From contig SLKA01000041.1 in assembly GCA_007134845.1 (NCBI GenBank), forward strand, positions 56,695-120,694: DNA of 64,000 bases, given 5' to 3'. The notes under the pieces were generated by a model that searched no databases, was not told where the DNA came from, and saw nothing but the letters and a program-made list of their open reading frames with translations. The first letter of the stretch is position 1; the number at the start of each line of letters is the position of its first letter. This stretch comes from Balneolales bacterium. Its GTDB lineage: Bacteria > Bacteroidota > Rhodothermia > Balneolales > Natronogracilivirgulaceae. A program made the translations under genes and the position numbers. This document shows positions 1 through 8,317 of the stretch, one piece after another.

Positions 1-498
1 AAGGGCCTTGAAGTGATTGAAGCGCATTGGCTTTTCGGGCTGCCACTGGACCACATTGAAGCAGTCGTTCATCCACAGAGCATTGTTCATTCCATGGTAC
101 TATTCAACGACGGATCCATGAAGGCGCAGATGGGATTACCCGATATGCGCCTTCCGATACAATACGCTCTAACATTTCCCGATCGATGGCCACTTGCATC
201 ACAGCACATTGACTGGACAGTTAAACAGCAGCTTACCTTCGAACCTGTTGATCCGAATCGATTTCCCTGTTACGAGCTGGCTTTGCAGGCCATCGATACC
301 GGAGATTATGCACCGGCTGTACTCAATGCCTCCAATGAAGTTGCTGTTGAACGATTTCTGAAAGAAGAAATTTCGTATATTGAAATTTCCGAAATCGTTG
401 AAAAAAGTTTATCTCATATCACAAACTCAGATACGTTATCAGTAGAGTCGCTGGAAGCGGTTGACCGTGAGGCGAGAGCCTATGCCCGGATTATCTGA
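1..498 (+). CDS. dxr: 1-deoxy-D-xylulose 5-phosphate reductoisomerase, C-terminal part (5' end lies outside the window)
   Basis: Frame 1 is open from base 1 (KGLEVIEAHWLF...). HPQSIVHSMV..DGS..AQ.G.PDMRLPIQYAL..P.R matches the conserved Dxr C-terminal region. The dxr-rseP order is classical. Confidence 0.9.
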   Translation, partial: KGLEVIEAHWLFGLPLDHIEAVVHPQSIVHSMVLFNDGSMKAQMGLPDMRLPIQYALTFPDRWPLASQHIDWTVKQQLTFEPVDPNRFPCYELALQAIDTGDYAPAVLNASNEVAVERFLKEEISYIEISEIVEKSLSHITNSDTLSVESLEAVDREARAYARII

Positions 499-516
499 TC
501 AAATACCAAATGTTTC

Positions 517-1869
517 ATGGAAGTGATTTTCAGCATACTACAGACCATAATTATATTTGTTGCTGCCATTTTTGTTCTCGTTCTGGTTCATGAACTTGGA
601 CATTTCCTTGCTGCCAAGCTCTTTGGCATGCGGGTTGAGCGTTTTTCCATCGGGTTTCCTCCAAGACTCTTCGGAGTGAAGAAAGGCGATACCGATTACT
701 GCGTTTCCGCATTGCCACTGGGTGGATACGTCAAGATATCCGGCATGGTGGATGAAAGCATGGACGACAGTTTCACGGCTTCCGAGCCCAAGAATTACGA
801 GTACCGCAGCAAACCGGTCTGGCAGCGGATGATCGTAATTTCCGCAGGTGTGATCTTCAATATGATTCTTGCTTACATTATATTTGCCGTGATCACTTTT
901 TCTCATGGGGTAAATCAAATCCCGGCCGAGAATATACAGGGGATGTATATTCCTGAAAACTCTACCGCAGAAAGGGTCGGGTTTGAGACCGGCGACCGTA
1001 TTGTAGCTGTAAATGACAAGGAGATTGAATTCATCCGCAGAGGTCAGTTTTTTTCCATATCTGAAATTACGAGCAAACCGCTGACCTTCACAGTGGAACG
1101 TAATGGGGAGATGGTTACCCTTTATCCTCCTGATGATTTCCTAGATCACCTGGCCAGAAATCCTGAGTTTATTGAACTCCAGAATGCCCTTCCGAGCAAG
1201 GTGGGTGCTGTATCCGATGGTTCTCCGGCAGACAAGGCCGGTTTGATGCCTGAAGATGAAATTATCGCCATTGACGGACAGGAGGTCGGTTACTGGATTC
1301 AGATGGTGGACAAGATTCAATCCGGCGGTGATGAGATGACCTTTACCATTCGACGAAATTCCGAGGTTCTCGACGTTGCCATTGCACCGGATCCCGAACA
1401 AAGGATCATAGGCATTGCCATTGTCGATCCCCATGAATATTTCGGATTTGAGACGATTAGTTTCGGTTTCTTTTCATCCATACGCGAAGGAATATCACAG
1501 GCACATGATACGCTGCTTGGCATAATCAACGGATTCCGGCAGCTGCTTACAGGGGCCATTTCCATACGGGAAAACCTGGGGGGACCTGTCGCCATTGCCT
1601 CTGTGACCGCTGATGTCACCGAACGGGGAGGTGCTCTCGGATTCTGGAATTTCACGGCCTTCCTGAGCATCACACTCGCGCTGATGAACATCCTGCCAAT
1701 TCCCATGCTTGACGGCGGACACCTGATGTTTCTTATTTACGAAGCGATAACCCGAAGAGAGCCCTCCGTAAAGGTCCGAATGGCACTTCAGCAGATTGGA
1801 TTTATTCTCCTGATCGGCCTCATGATCTTTGTGACCTTCAATGACATACTCCGGCACGTAGTTAACTGA
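517..1869 (+). CDS. rseP: RIP site-2 zinc metalloprotease RseP
   Basis: 450 aa. HELGHF zinc motif in the first TM helix, a central PDZ-like soluble segment, and a C-terminal NILPIPMLDGGH motif typical of S2P proteases. Confidence 0.9.
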   Translation: MEVIFSILQTIIIFVAAIFVLVLVHELGHFLAAKLFGMRVERFSIGFPPRLFGVKKGDTDYCVSALPLGGYVKISGMVDESMDDSFTASEPKNYEYRSKPVWQRMIVISAGVIFNMILAYIIFAVITFSHGVNQIPAENIQGMYIPENSTAERVGFETGDRIVAVNDKEIEFIRRGQFFSISEITSKPLTFTVERNGEMVTLYPPDDFLDHLARNPEFIELQNALPSKVGAVSDGSPADKAGLMPEDEIIAIDGQEVGYWIQMVDKIQSGGDEMTFTIRRNSEVLDVAIAPDPEQRIIGIAIVDPHEYFGFETISFGFFSSIREGISQAHDTLLGIINGFRQLLTGAISIRENLGGPVAIASVTADVTERGGALGFWNFTAFLSITLALMNILPIPMLDGGHLMFLIYEAITRREPSVKVRMALQQIGFILLIGLMIFVTFNDILRHVVN

Positions 1870-1872
1870 GCT

Positions 1873-2541
1873 ATGAGATTTGCAAAAGATGGAGTTCCTG
1901 TTATTGTAGCCGCGCTCTTTCTGGCTCTGGTCCTGACGGCGATCGGCTGGCTTCTGAACAGCAGTTTTTCTCTTCTGCTGTACATACTTGCCCTTTTTAT
2001 CGCGGGTTTTACGATGTTTTTCTTTCGTGATCCGGATCGCAAAGTTCCTGCCGGAGACTATATCCTTGCACCGGCTGATGGAAAAGTGATTTCCATTGCT
2101 ATGGTCCGTGAAGAGACTTACCTTCAATCCAGCGCCAGACAGATCACCATATTTCTTTCACTTGGCGATGTTCACGTAAACCGTGTTCCGGTATCAGGTA
2201 CCGTGGAGCATGTAGCATATTTTCCCGGAAAATATCTTGTCGCCTGGCACCCGAAAGCATCCGAACTGAATGAGAGGGCAGAGTTCGGGATAAGGCATCC
2301 TTCCGGACTTAAGGTTTTTTACCGGCAGATCACGGGGTTTGTGGCGCGCCGCATTGTTTTTCATACAAAGGTAGGGGATAAAGCAGTCGCCGGAGACCGT
2401 TTTGGCCTTATGAAATTCGGCTCACGAATGGACATCCTTGTTCCGGAAGATATGGAAATACTGGTCAGTAAGGGCGACAAGACCGTCGGTGGTGTAACAG
2501 TTCTTGCCCATCCGGAGCTCAGGCAAAGCGAAAAGCCATGA
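1873..2541 (+). CDS. psd: phosphatidylserine decarboxylase (short form proenzyme)
   Basis: 222 aa with N-terminal TM helices. LMKFGSRMD carries the G-S self-processing site of pyruvoyl PS decarboxylases. Overlaps pssA by 4 bp. Confidence 0.85.
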   Translation: MRFAKDGVPVIVAALFLALVLTAIGWLLNSSFSLLLYILALFIAGFTMFFFRDPDRKVPAGDYILAPADGKVISIAMVREETYLQSSARQITIFLSLGDVHVNRVPVSGTVEHVAYFPGKYLVAWHPKASELNERAEFGIRHPSGLKVFYRQITGFVARRIVFHTKVGDKAVAGDRFGLMKFGSRMDILVPEDMEILVSKGDKTVGGVTVLAHPELRQSEKP

Positions 2542-3335
2542 ATGCTGAAAAACGTATACTTCGGAGACAGCTGCGTAATGACCACCTCAGAAGAAAGTTC
2601 AGGAAACCCATTCCCAGAACGATCGTCCCGAGTTTCTTCACACTCATGAACCTTTTCTGCGGTTTTGTTGCCATCGTCCAGATTTATGAGGGAAAGCTTG
2701 AGTTCGGAGCGTGGCTGATTGTCATTGCCGCTTTTTTTGATATGATGGACGGGTTTATGGCCCGCCTGACCAATGCCACTACAGAATTCGGAATCGAACT
2801 CGACTCCCTCAGCGATATTGTTTCTTTTGGTGTTGCTCCTGCATTTTTGTTTTACAGCTATTCGCTTAATGAAATGATGATAATTGGAATTATCATTTCC
2901 GCTTTTCCTGCATTGTGTGGAGCAGTCCGACTCGCCAGATTCAATGTCGATGCCCGGGTTGAAGATCCGGATAATTTCAAGGGGCTTCCGATTCCAGCCC
3001 AGGCCATGATGCTGGTTGCCTTGTTTTTGATATTCTTTCCGAATCCCGAACTCTTTGACGGTTTCAAGCACGGGTTCAACAGCATGCTGGTGCCTGTTAT
3101 CCTGCTGCTCTCGCTTTTGATGGTCAGTACGGTGCCCTTTGACAAAATACCCAGGTTTAACAGGAATTATCTTCGCAGCAATCGCAGCAGGGTGTATTTG
3201 TTTCTTTTCTATTTTATTGCGGTAGTATCATTGCAGGAATACGGCTTGATACTCGTTTTCAGCATCTTCATTGGCAAGGGTGTGCTTCTTTCCGTTATTC
3301 GTTTCTGGAAGGAAATTCACGAAGATCCCCAATAA
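2538..3335 (+). CDS. pssA: CDP-diacylglycerol--serine O-phosphatidyltransferase
   Basis: CDP-alcohol phosphatidyltransferase signature seen as DMMDGFMARLTNATTEFGIELDSLSDIV. Polytopic membrane protein translationally coupled to psd. Confidence 0.85.
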   Translation: MNAEKRILRRQLRNDHLRRKFRKPIPRTIVPSFFTLMNLFCGFVAIVQIYEGKLEFGAWLIVIAAFFDMMDGFMARLTNATTEFGIELDSLSDIVSFGVAPAFLFYSYSLNEMMIIGIIISAFPALCGAVRLARFNVDARVEDPDNFKGLPIPAQAMMLVALFLIFFPNPELFDGFKHGFNSMLVPVILLLSLLMVSTVPFDKIPRFNRNYLRSNRSRVYLFLFYFIAVVSLQEYGLILVFSIFIGKGVLLSVIRFWKEIHEDPQ

Positions 3336-3393
3336 TTCAATAAATTATTTCAATGAATTATGCCGAGTGAATCTGACCAATGTATCTTCTGAC

Positions 3394-4374
3394 TCAGAAA
3401 TTGTATTGCAGGCTTACAGCGTGTGCCACACCGAATCCATCTGAAAAGGGAAGAAAGGCATAATTAAAGTAGAAATCACTGAACAGCAGCCCTGCCCCGA
3501 AACTGAAGCGCCGTTGCGTTTCTCCGCTGCGCAGTCCGGCACGCAGATCGATGATATCCGATATGTTGAGTTCTAAACCGGCATTGAAGTAACCATCACC
3601 CTGAGAAACTATGGAGCCTTCTTCGGTGCCCGATATCTCATTTAAGGGAATATTGTAATCAACAATTACAGAAAACAATAGCGGTATTTCATCTTCGATT
3701 GCCGATGTGGAAAACTGAAGCAGCTGGATGTCTGTGCCAAAACTTAGCATCGTCGGCAGTCTGGTTGCTGTTTCAGCCAGTTCTTCCATGGATCCGAGGT
3801 TTTTCAGTGCAGCACCCAAACGCACACGCTCTTCAAGCAGGTGCAATGCCAAACCGGCATTCATACCTAAACCTGAGGCATGATCCCGAAAAAACTGTTC
3901 ATAGAGATACATACCGGTGACACCAATCGACAGCGGTCCCATTGCCCGGGAGTAGGATCCTGCAAGTGAGAAATACCTGACGGCAAAGAAACCGTCCGGA
4001 TTGGTTGTGGGATTAGTACGAAGTGGAATATTATCACTTAGCGAGGAGAGCAGGGCAATTCCAAATGCCTGGCGGCCTTTATTGTAAACCATCCCTGCAA
4101 AGCTGTTCTGAGTATCGGTGGCCGGCCAGATCATATAGGAAAGTGTGGCACTGTTCCTGTTTTCCATGGAAAGGAGTGCCGGGTTGAGATAGATGGCAGA
4201 GGCTCCGGTCAGAGAGGCTGTATGCGCATCAGACAGCCCCATATTATGAGCAGATGGCCCCAGGAGCAGGAAATGCATACCCGTTGACTGGCTGCCACTG
4301 GCCACAACCAGGCGGTTCAGTGGGAATATGACCAGCATCAACATCAGAGTGGCAAAGGCTCTATATCTATTCAT
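3394..4374 (-). CDS. PorV/PorQ-family outer-membrane beta-barrel protein (PorQ-like)
   Basis: 326 aa with a signal peptide. N-terminal F.LLGPSAHNMGLSDAHTA......IYLNPALL resembles the PorV/PorQ family motif. Alternating beta-strand pattern, and the protein ends in an aromatic residue (LQYNF). Confidence 0.55.
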   Translation of the reverse strand: MNRYRAFATLMLMLVIFPLNRLVVASGSQSTGMHFLLLGPSAHNMGLSDAHTASLTGASAIYLNPALLSMENRNSATLSYMIWPATDTQNSFAGMVYNKGRQAFGIALLSSLSDNIPLRTNPTTNPDGFFAVRYFSLAGSYSRAMGPLSIGVTGMYLYEQFFRDHASGLGMNAGLALHLLEERVRLGAALKNLGSMEELAETATRLPTMLSFGTDIQLLQFSTSAIEDEIPLLFSVIVDYNIPLNEISGTEEGSIVSQGDGYFNAGLELNISDIIDLRAGLRSGETQRRFSFGAGLLFSDFYFNYAFLPFSDGFGVAHAVSLQYNF

Positions 4375-4401
4375 ATTCGATATATACGCTAAAAATGTAA
4401 A

Positions 4402-5514
4402 TTATAATGACAATCTGAGCGTGAGCACATGCATACCGGCAATGCCAAGCGGCTCACGGACAAAAGCATAATCGACGGACGGACTCATGACGTCATAGGG
4501 CAGATGTACAGAAAATCCGGTGCTCAGCTTGTGTGTTTCCTTTATATAATCGAGATCCATGACTTCCCATCCACCCCGCAGGGTAATTCGTTCATGCGCT
4601 TTCCAGACAGCTCCAATGCGAAACAGCTGGCTGCTGGATGTCACATTTTCGGAACGGGTGGTATTTTGTGGCGGCACAGCGCCCGGAAAATGCTCTCGGC
4701 GTTGATATTCGGAATCAAGTCTGAGTATTTCGAATTCGGAGCTGAGCAGCAGGCCCAACCCGCTGAATCTGTAAGAACTGCTGAAACGAAACCTGACAGG
4801 CAGGCCATCGTTACGGTTGCGACCGCCCAAGGTACCGTATTCAGGATTGGTATTCCAGGAATATTCGGATATCAGATCTTGTATGGTGAAGCCAATTCGC
4901 CAGTTGGTGATCGGCTCGGTGATTATCCCAACATCAAAGCCGGCACCGGTCGCATTATCAATGCTTTCAAAAAATTTGGCATAATGCAGCTTGGCGGCCA
5001 CTCCGAGGCGAACGCCCGGGCTGATGCTGATTCCAAAGGCGGCAAACAATTGGAATTCATGAGTTGAGAGCATTTCGGTGTGATAGCCGCTGGATGTGCG
5101 TCCGTCAATATCATATACATTGGCATTGAGCAAACCGATATTGAGACCGGCATTGGGTGGAAGCGGAAAAGTTGCATTGAATGAGTGCAGACTGCGATCG
5201 AAAGACATCAGGGCAGTGCCGATATCAATCTGATTTCCATTTGCATAGGATGCCAGGGCGGGGTTGTAGTGCGCAAAAACACCCTCCTGAGATACGGTTC
5301 CCATGGCATTTCCCATGGCCATGCCACGCGCACCAAACCCCATGCGCGTATAGGAGCCGCTAAAGCCGCCGCTTTGTGCCAATACCTCCTGCAGGGGCAA
5401 CAATAGCAGCAGCAACAGAATTAATGAATTGCAATTGCAACCTGCAATGCGCCGGCTGCCGGTTATACTACCGTTGCTGCTATCGATTGAACTGATATTT
5501 GGCATTTGTGACAT
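4402..5514 (-). CDS. PorV/PorQ-family outer-membrane beta-barrel protein (PorV-like)
   Basis: 370 aa with a poly-Leu signal sequence. MGFGARGMAMGNAMG......HYNPALAS matches the ARxxGMGxxGxA...NPA signature of PorV-type barrels. Beta-barrel-like periodicity throughout. Confidence 0.55.
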   Translation of the reverse strand: MSQMPNISSIDSSNGSITGSRRIAGCNCNSLILLLLLLLPLQEVLAQSGGFSGSYTRMGFGARGMAMGNAMGTVSQEGVFAHYNPALASYANGNQIDIGTALMSFDRSLHSFNATFPLPPNAGLNIGLLNANVYDIDGRTSSGYHTEMLSTHEFQLFAAFGISISPGVRLGVAAKLHYAKFFESIDNATGAGFDVGIITEPITNWRIGFTIQDLISEYSWNTNPEYGTLGGRNRNDGLPVRFRFSSSYRFSGLGLLLSSEFEILRLDSEYQRREHFPGAVPPQNTTRSENVTSSSQLFRIGAVWKAHERITLRGGWEVMDLDYIKETHKLSTGFSVHLPYDVMSPSVDYAFVREPLGIAGMHVLTLRLSL

Positions 5515-5551
5515 GTGGATCTAAAGGAAATTACATTATGCAATGAGATGC

Positions 5552-7111
5552 TTATTCAAGCAGCAGGATCTTACCGACGGATCTGCGGCTACCGGTATCC
5601 ACCTCATAAAATACGGTGCCATTGGCCACTTTGCGACCCTGCTGATCGGTTCCGTCCCAGACAGCTTCGTAGGTGCCGGGCGAAAGTTCGCGCTTGTCAT
5701 CCAGTATCCGGATAAGATTCATCCCGAAGTCGTAAAGGCGTACCGTGGCTGTTCCGGAGTTCCTGTTATTAAATTTGATACGCACCAAATCATGCTGTCG
5801 CGGGGAATATGGATTCGGATAGGCATAGACATGTACATCCGGGGCATCATCCTGATACTGGTTCTTACCGTCAAGAGGAAAGTCGACACGGACGATCTCC
5901 CATGTCTCCCCGTTATCCACGGTTGAAGCCAGTCCGTCACTTGTACCGATCCAAACCCTGCCATTGGTATTAGTGACCGCATAGTAGGTAGCGCGGGGTT
6001 TCATGGAGGTGTTGGAGCTGCGGATCTGGCGAATCTGTCTCCAGGATCCTCCATTATCGGCACTGATAAACACACCGTTGTTTCCTGCGGCAAATATTGT
6101 CTGACCGTTGAAGCCGATATCATAGATTCGCTCACCGGGAAGATATTGTTCGAACGATTCACCCGAATCCCGTGTAACCACGATGCCTTCGACATCCTGG
6201 CCGGTGATGGCGGTCCAGTTCGTCATCCAGACAGCCCTGTCGAAAGGATTTTCTCGAATGGATGTGATCCAGTTGCCAAGCAGGCCATCCGGATTCTGCG
6301 ACTGCCTGAGGTGGCGCCAACGGATGCTGTCGGCTGGTGCGGTAAGCGCATTGTCCGAGATATTGAGGCCGCCGGCTGTACCGGCATAGACGTTTCCATC
6401 GCTTCCTATAAGCACTGAAAAACCGAGAAAATTGAGGAAATTGTTGTTCTGCCCGTCACCTCTCGGATCGATACTGAAATCGTAGGTTTCCTCCGGGCGA
6501 AGCTCGTCAAGATTAAACGGGGGAAGTACGATACGCTCCCAATTCTGGCCGAAATCGGTACTTCGACGGATGCCGGAGGCCCAACCAGCAAAAAAGATGA
6601 CGTCGTTTTTAAAGTCCACCATATAAGGCGGTGACTGCTGGGGGACAATCACTGGGATGATGTCCAGATCCTGGCCACCATAGCGTATAGTATTGGCATC
6701 AGGTGGGTCAAGTGTACGGGAGGTGTCAATCAGAACCCAGTTTTCCCCGCCGTCAGAAGTGATGTAAAACCCCATTTGTGCCTGCACCGGGTCTTCACCC
6801 GAGGTGTCGCTGTAGCCGATTCCAGCAACTACGGTATCACGGGCAAGAGCGATGGAAAAAAGCCTGCCGCGTCCGTCAGTCACAGAATCAACTCCTTCAG
6901 GCAGCCGCCACTCTAGTTCGTTGGCGATATTGAAATTCATTCTGGGTCCGATCCAGAGTGTGTCACCGAGAGCGCCCATGTTGGAAATGGAATTCTGTGA
7001 AATCGATTTATAAGGCGAGGGAATTTGTCCGGGGAGGATTTGCCCGTGAGCCTGCTGCAGTTGCATACACAGGGGGATTATAATGGACAAAATCAGGTAA
7101 GAGAATCTCAT
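5552..7111 (-). CDS. BNR/Asp-box beta-propeller protein with T9SS C-terminal sorting (FlgD-Ig-like) domain
   Basis: 519 aa with a signal peptide. Five Asp-box-like motifs are visible (TSDGGENW, STDFGQNW, TRDSGESF, SADNGGSW, TVDNGETW). The C-terminal ~85 aa (YAYPNPYSP...TVRLYDFGMNLIRIL...WDGTDQQGRKVANGTVFYEV...GKILLLE) looks like a T9SS type-A/FlgD-Ig sorting domain. Confidence 0.7.
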   Translation of the reverse strand: MRFSYLILSIIIPLCMQLQQAHGQILPGQIPSPYKSISQNSISNMGALGDTLWIGPRMNFNIANELEWRLPEGVDSVTDGRGRLFSIALARDTVVAGIGYSDTSGEDPVQAQMGFYITSDGGENWVLIDTSRTLDPPDANTIRYGGQDLDIIPVIVPQQSPPYMVDFKNDVIFFAGWASGIRRSTDFGQNWERIVLPPFNLDELRPEETYDFSIDPRGDGQNNNFLNFLGFSVLIGSDGNVYAGTAGGLNISDNALTAPADSIRWRHLRQSQNPDGLLGNWITSIRENPFDRAVWMTNWTAITGQDVEGIVVTRDSGESFEQYLPGERIYDIGFNGQTIFAAGNNGVFISADNGGSWRQIRQIRSSNTSMKPRATYYAVTNTNGRVWIGTSDGLASTVDNGETWEIVRVDFPLDGKNQYQDDAPDVHVYAYPNPYSPRQHDLVRIKFNNRNSGTATVRLYDFGMNLIRILDDKRELSPGTYEAVWDGTDQQGRKVANGTVFYEVDTGSRRSVGKILLLE

Positions 7112-7926
7112 CTGGTGGCAATCGTTAGTGTGGACTGAAGAGTGTCGCTGATGGTGCCGGCAACATCCACGGCATGTACTTCAATCCTGAAACTGGCAGG
7201 AGGGGTGCCGGAATCTATGCTGAAGGGCTGAACATAGAGGCTATCCCCGGCTTCGGTTTCAAAATCAATACATTCCGGGTCAGAAAAAACATCCTGCATG
7301 ATATATGTCTCCAGTCGATTATTGTTACTGTCAAACAACTCAAGTCGCACCTGATTAATATTATCTATTGAAACCGTGTGGCTCACTTTGGCACCAATCA
7401 AAAAGCAGTTATCGCGTTCACCAGGTGCTGGAATAAAAACGGTATCGGGGCGAATAATTTCAAGAACTTCTGGTAGCCCCGTATCGACACCTCGCACAAT
7501 AATGGTTGATTCCACACGATCTCCGGCTTGCCCATCCGGCCCGATCGGATAGATGTAGATAACCAGGTTTTCAAAGCGATTGGTATTGATGGTGATGCCA
7601 AGTGATCCCGAATAGCGCTCAGGCTGACCCGGATCCGCTCGCAGTGTGTCGCTCTGAAGAACGATCCGGTTACGTATGGAAGCAATCTCGGCTACCAGAC
7701 GGTATTCATCCGGAATACTGCCAACAGCCATCAGGTTGAAAGTGACCAGGGTGTCCTTTAAGCCATCCTCATCAGAAAAACGGAGGGATGAGGGGTTTAC
7801 GGAAAACCCGGATATCACGGGCTGCTCCCTGAAGACGCTGGTTGGTCCGTCTGCATCATCACATGCAGGCACAAGAAAAGCCACCACCAGTGGAAGAAAT
7901 AAAAGGTACCAATACGAATGTCTCAA
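7108..7926 (-). CDS. hypothetical lipoprotein (all-beta, Ig-like appearance)
   Basis: 272 aa. The first possible start is TTG. Signal peptide ends in a lipobox-like LVPAC. The stop overlaps the start of the BNR gene by 4 bp, suggesting translational coupling. I recognise no family. Confidence 0.6.
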   Translation of the reverse strand: MRHSYWYLLFLPLVVAFLVPACDDADGPTSVFREQPVISGFSVNPSSLRFSDEDGLKDTLVTFNLMAVGSIPDEYRLVAEIASIRNRIVLQSDTLRADPGQPERYSGSLGITINTNRFENLVIYIYPIGPDGQAGDRVESTIIVRGVDTGLPEVLEIIRPDTVFIPAPGERDNCFLIGAKVSHTVSIDNINQVRLELFDSNNNRLETYIMQDVFSDPECIDFETEAGDSLYVQPFSIDSGTPPASFRIEVHAVDVAGTISDTLQSTLTIATR

Positions 7927-7930
7927 AACA

Positions 7931-7957
7931 GGGAAATGAGGGAAATGAGGGAAATGA
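7931..7957. repeat. perfect 9-bp tandem repeat x3 (GGGAAATGA)
   Basis: Read directly: gggaaatga gggaaatga gggaaatga. It lies 5 bp upstream of the TTG start of the lipoprotein gene, inside the divergent region shared with the trp operon. Confidence 0.95.
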
Positions 7958-8080
7958 AGCGTAATCTGAAAAATAACGTAATCAGGGAAGTAGAATTATG
8001 CCATGCGATCTGTTTTTGACATTCTGTTTTGAAAATATGAACTGGGTTCAATATTACCTTTTGCAGGAAAGAATGTCAAC

Positions 8081-8110
8081 ATGACAATGTTTTGTTGCAT
8101 CGTGTATAAT
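8081..8110 (+). promoter_or_regulatory. candidate promoter of the trp operon (sigma-70-like -35 ATGACA, 18-nt spacer, -10 TATAAT)
   Basis: ATGACA at 8081-8086 and a perfect TATAAT at 8105-8110. A Bacteroidetes-type TAATTTTG (TAnnTTTG) also lies at 8118-8125. Which of the two is used cannot be decided from sequence. Confidence 0.3.
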
Positions 8111-8130
8111 TCTTGTGTAATTTTGCATTT

Positions 8131-8181
8131 ATGTATAAAAGGAACGCACAAAGCAATATCTGGTGGTGGCCTGTCTGCTGA
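8131..8181 (+). CDS. trpL: trp operon leader peptide MYKRNAQSNIWWWPVC (three consecutive Trp codons)
   Basis: ATG at 8131, UGG UGG UGG at 8161-8169, UGA at 8179-8181. It sits 137 nt upstream of trpE and immediately upstream of the antiterminator/terminator pair. Confidence 0.75.
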   Translation: MYKRNAQSNIWWWPVC

Positions 8182-8239
8182 AAGCGGATTGGTGCCGGTG
8201 TGTGCTGTACCTGTAATAGAAATTACGACCCGCTTTCAG
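8178..8239 (+). promoter_or_regulatory. antiterminator helix of the trp attenuator
   Basis: CUGAAAGCGG (8178-8187, overlapping the leader stop codon) is the perfect reverse complement of CCGCUUUCAG (8230-8239). The latter is the 5' arm of the terminator hairpin. Confidence 0.7.
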
Positions 8240-8265
8240 TGCAATCTGGATGCGGGTTTTTTTTT
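8228..8265 (+). terminator. intrinsic terminator (attenuator) upstream of trpE
   Basis: ACCCGCUUUCAG (8228-8239) pairs with CUGGAUGCGGGU (8246-8257) over 12 positions, with one U-U mismatch and one G-U. The loop is 6 nt and a run of nine T follows (8257-8265). Confidence 0.8.
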
Positions 8266-8317
8266 GGACTTAGGAGTTACTGAGGAATTACGGAATCATG
8301 AACCATGACATGCTCTA

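Noticed and set aside
1495-3071. Long minus-strand ORFs (210 aa and 236 aa) opposite rseP, psd and pssA
   Set aside because: They lie opposite genes with clear catalytic motifs (HELGH, the G-S site, the CDP-alcohol transferase motif). Their basic, low-complexity translations are typical shadow ORFs.
7931-7957. Short tandem repeats as a possible CRISPR array
   Set aside because: The 9-bp units are directly abutting with no spacers, there are only three copies, and no cas genes are present in the window. The same reasoning applies to the 16-bp and 18-bp duplications at 43890 and 63093.
8081-8308. 75-aa ORF upstream of trpE
   Set aside because: It is in a different frame from the WWW leader peptide and runs straight through the antiterminator and the terminator hairpin with its T9 tract. 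It is Cys-rich with low-complexity composition. The region is better explained as a transcription attenuator.
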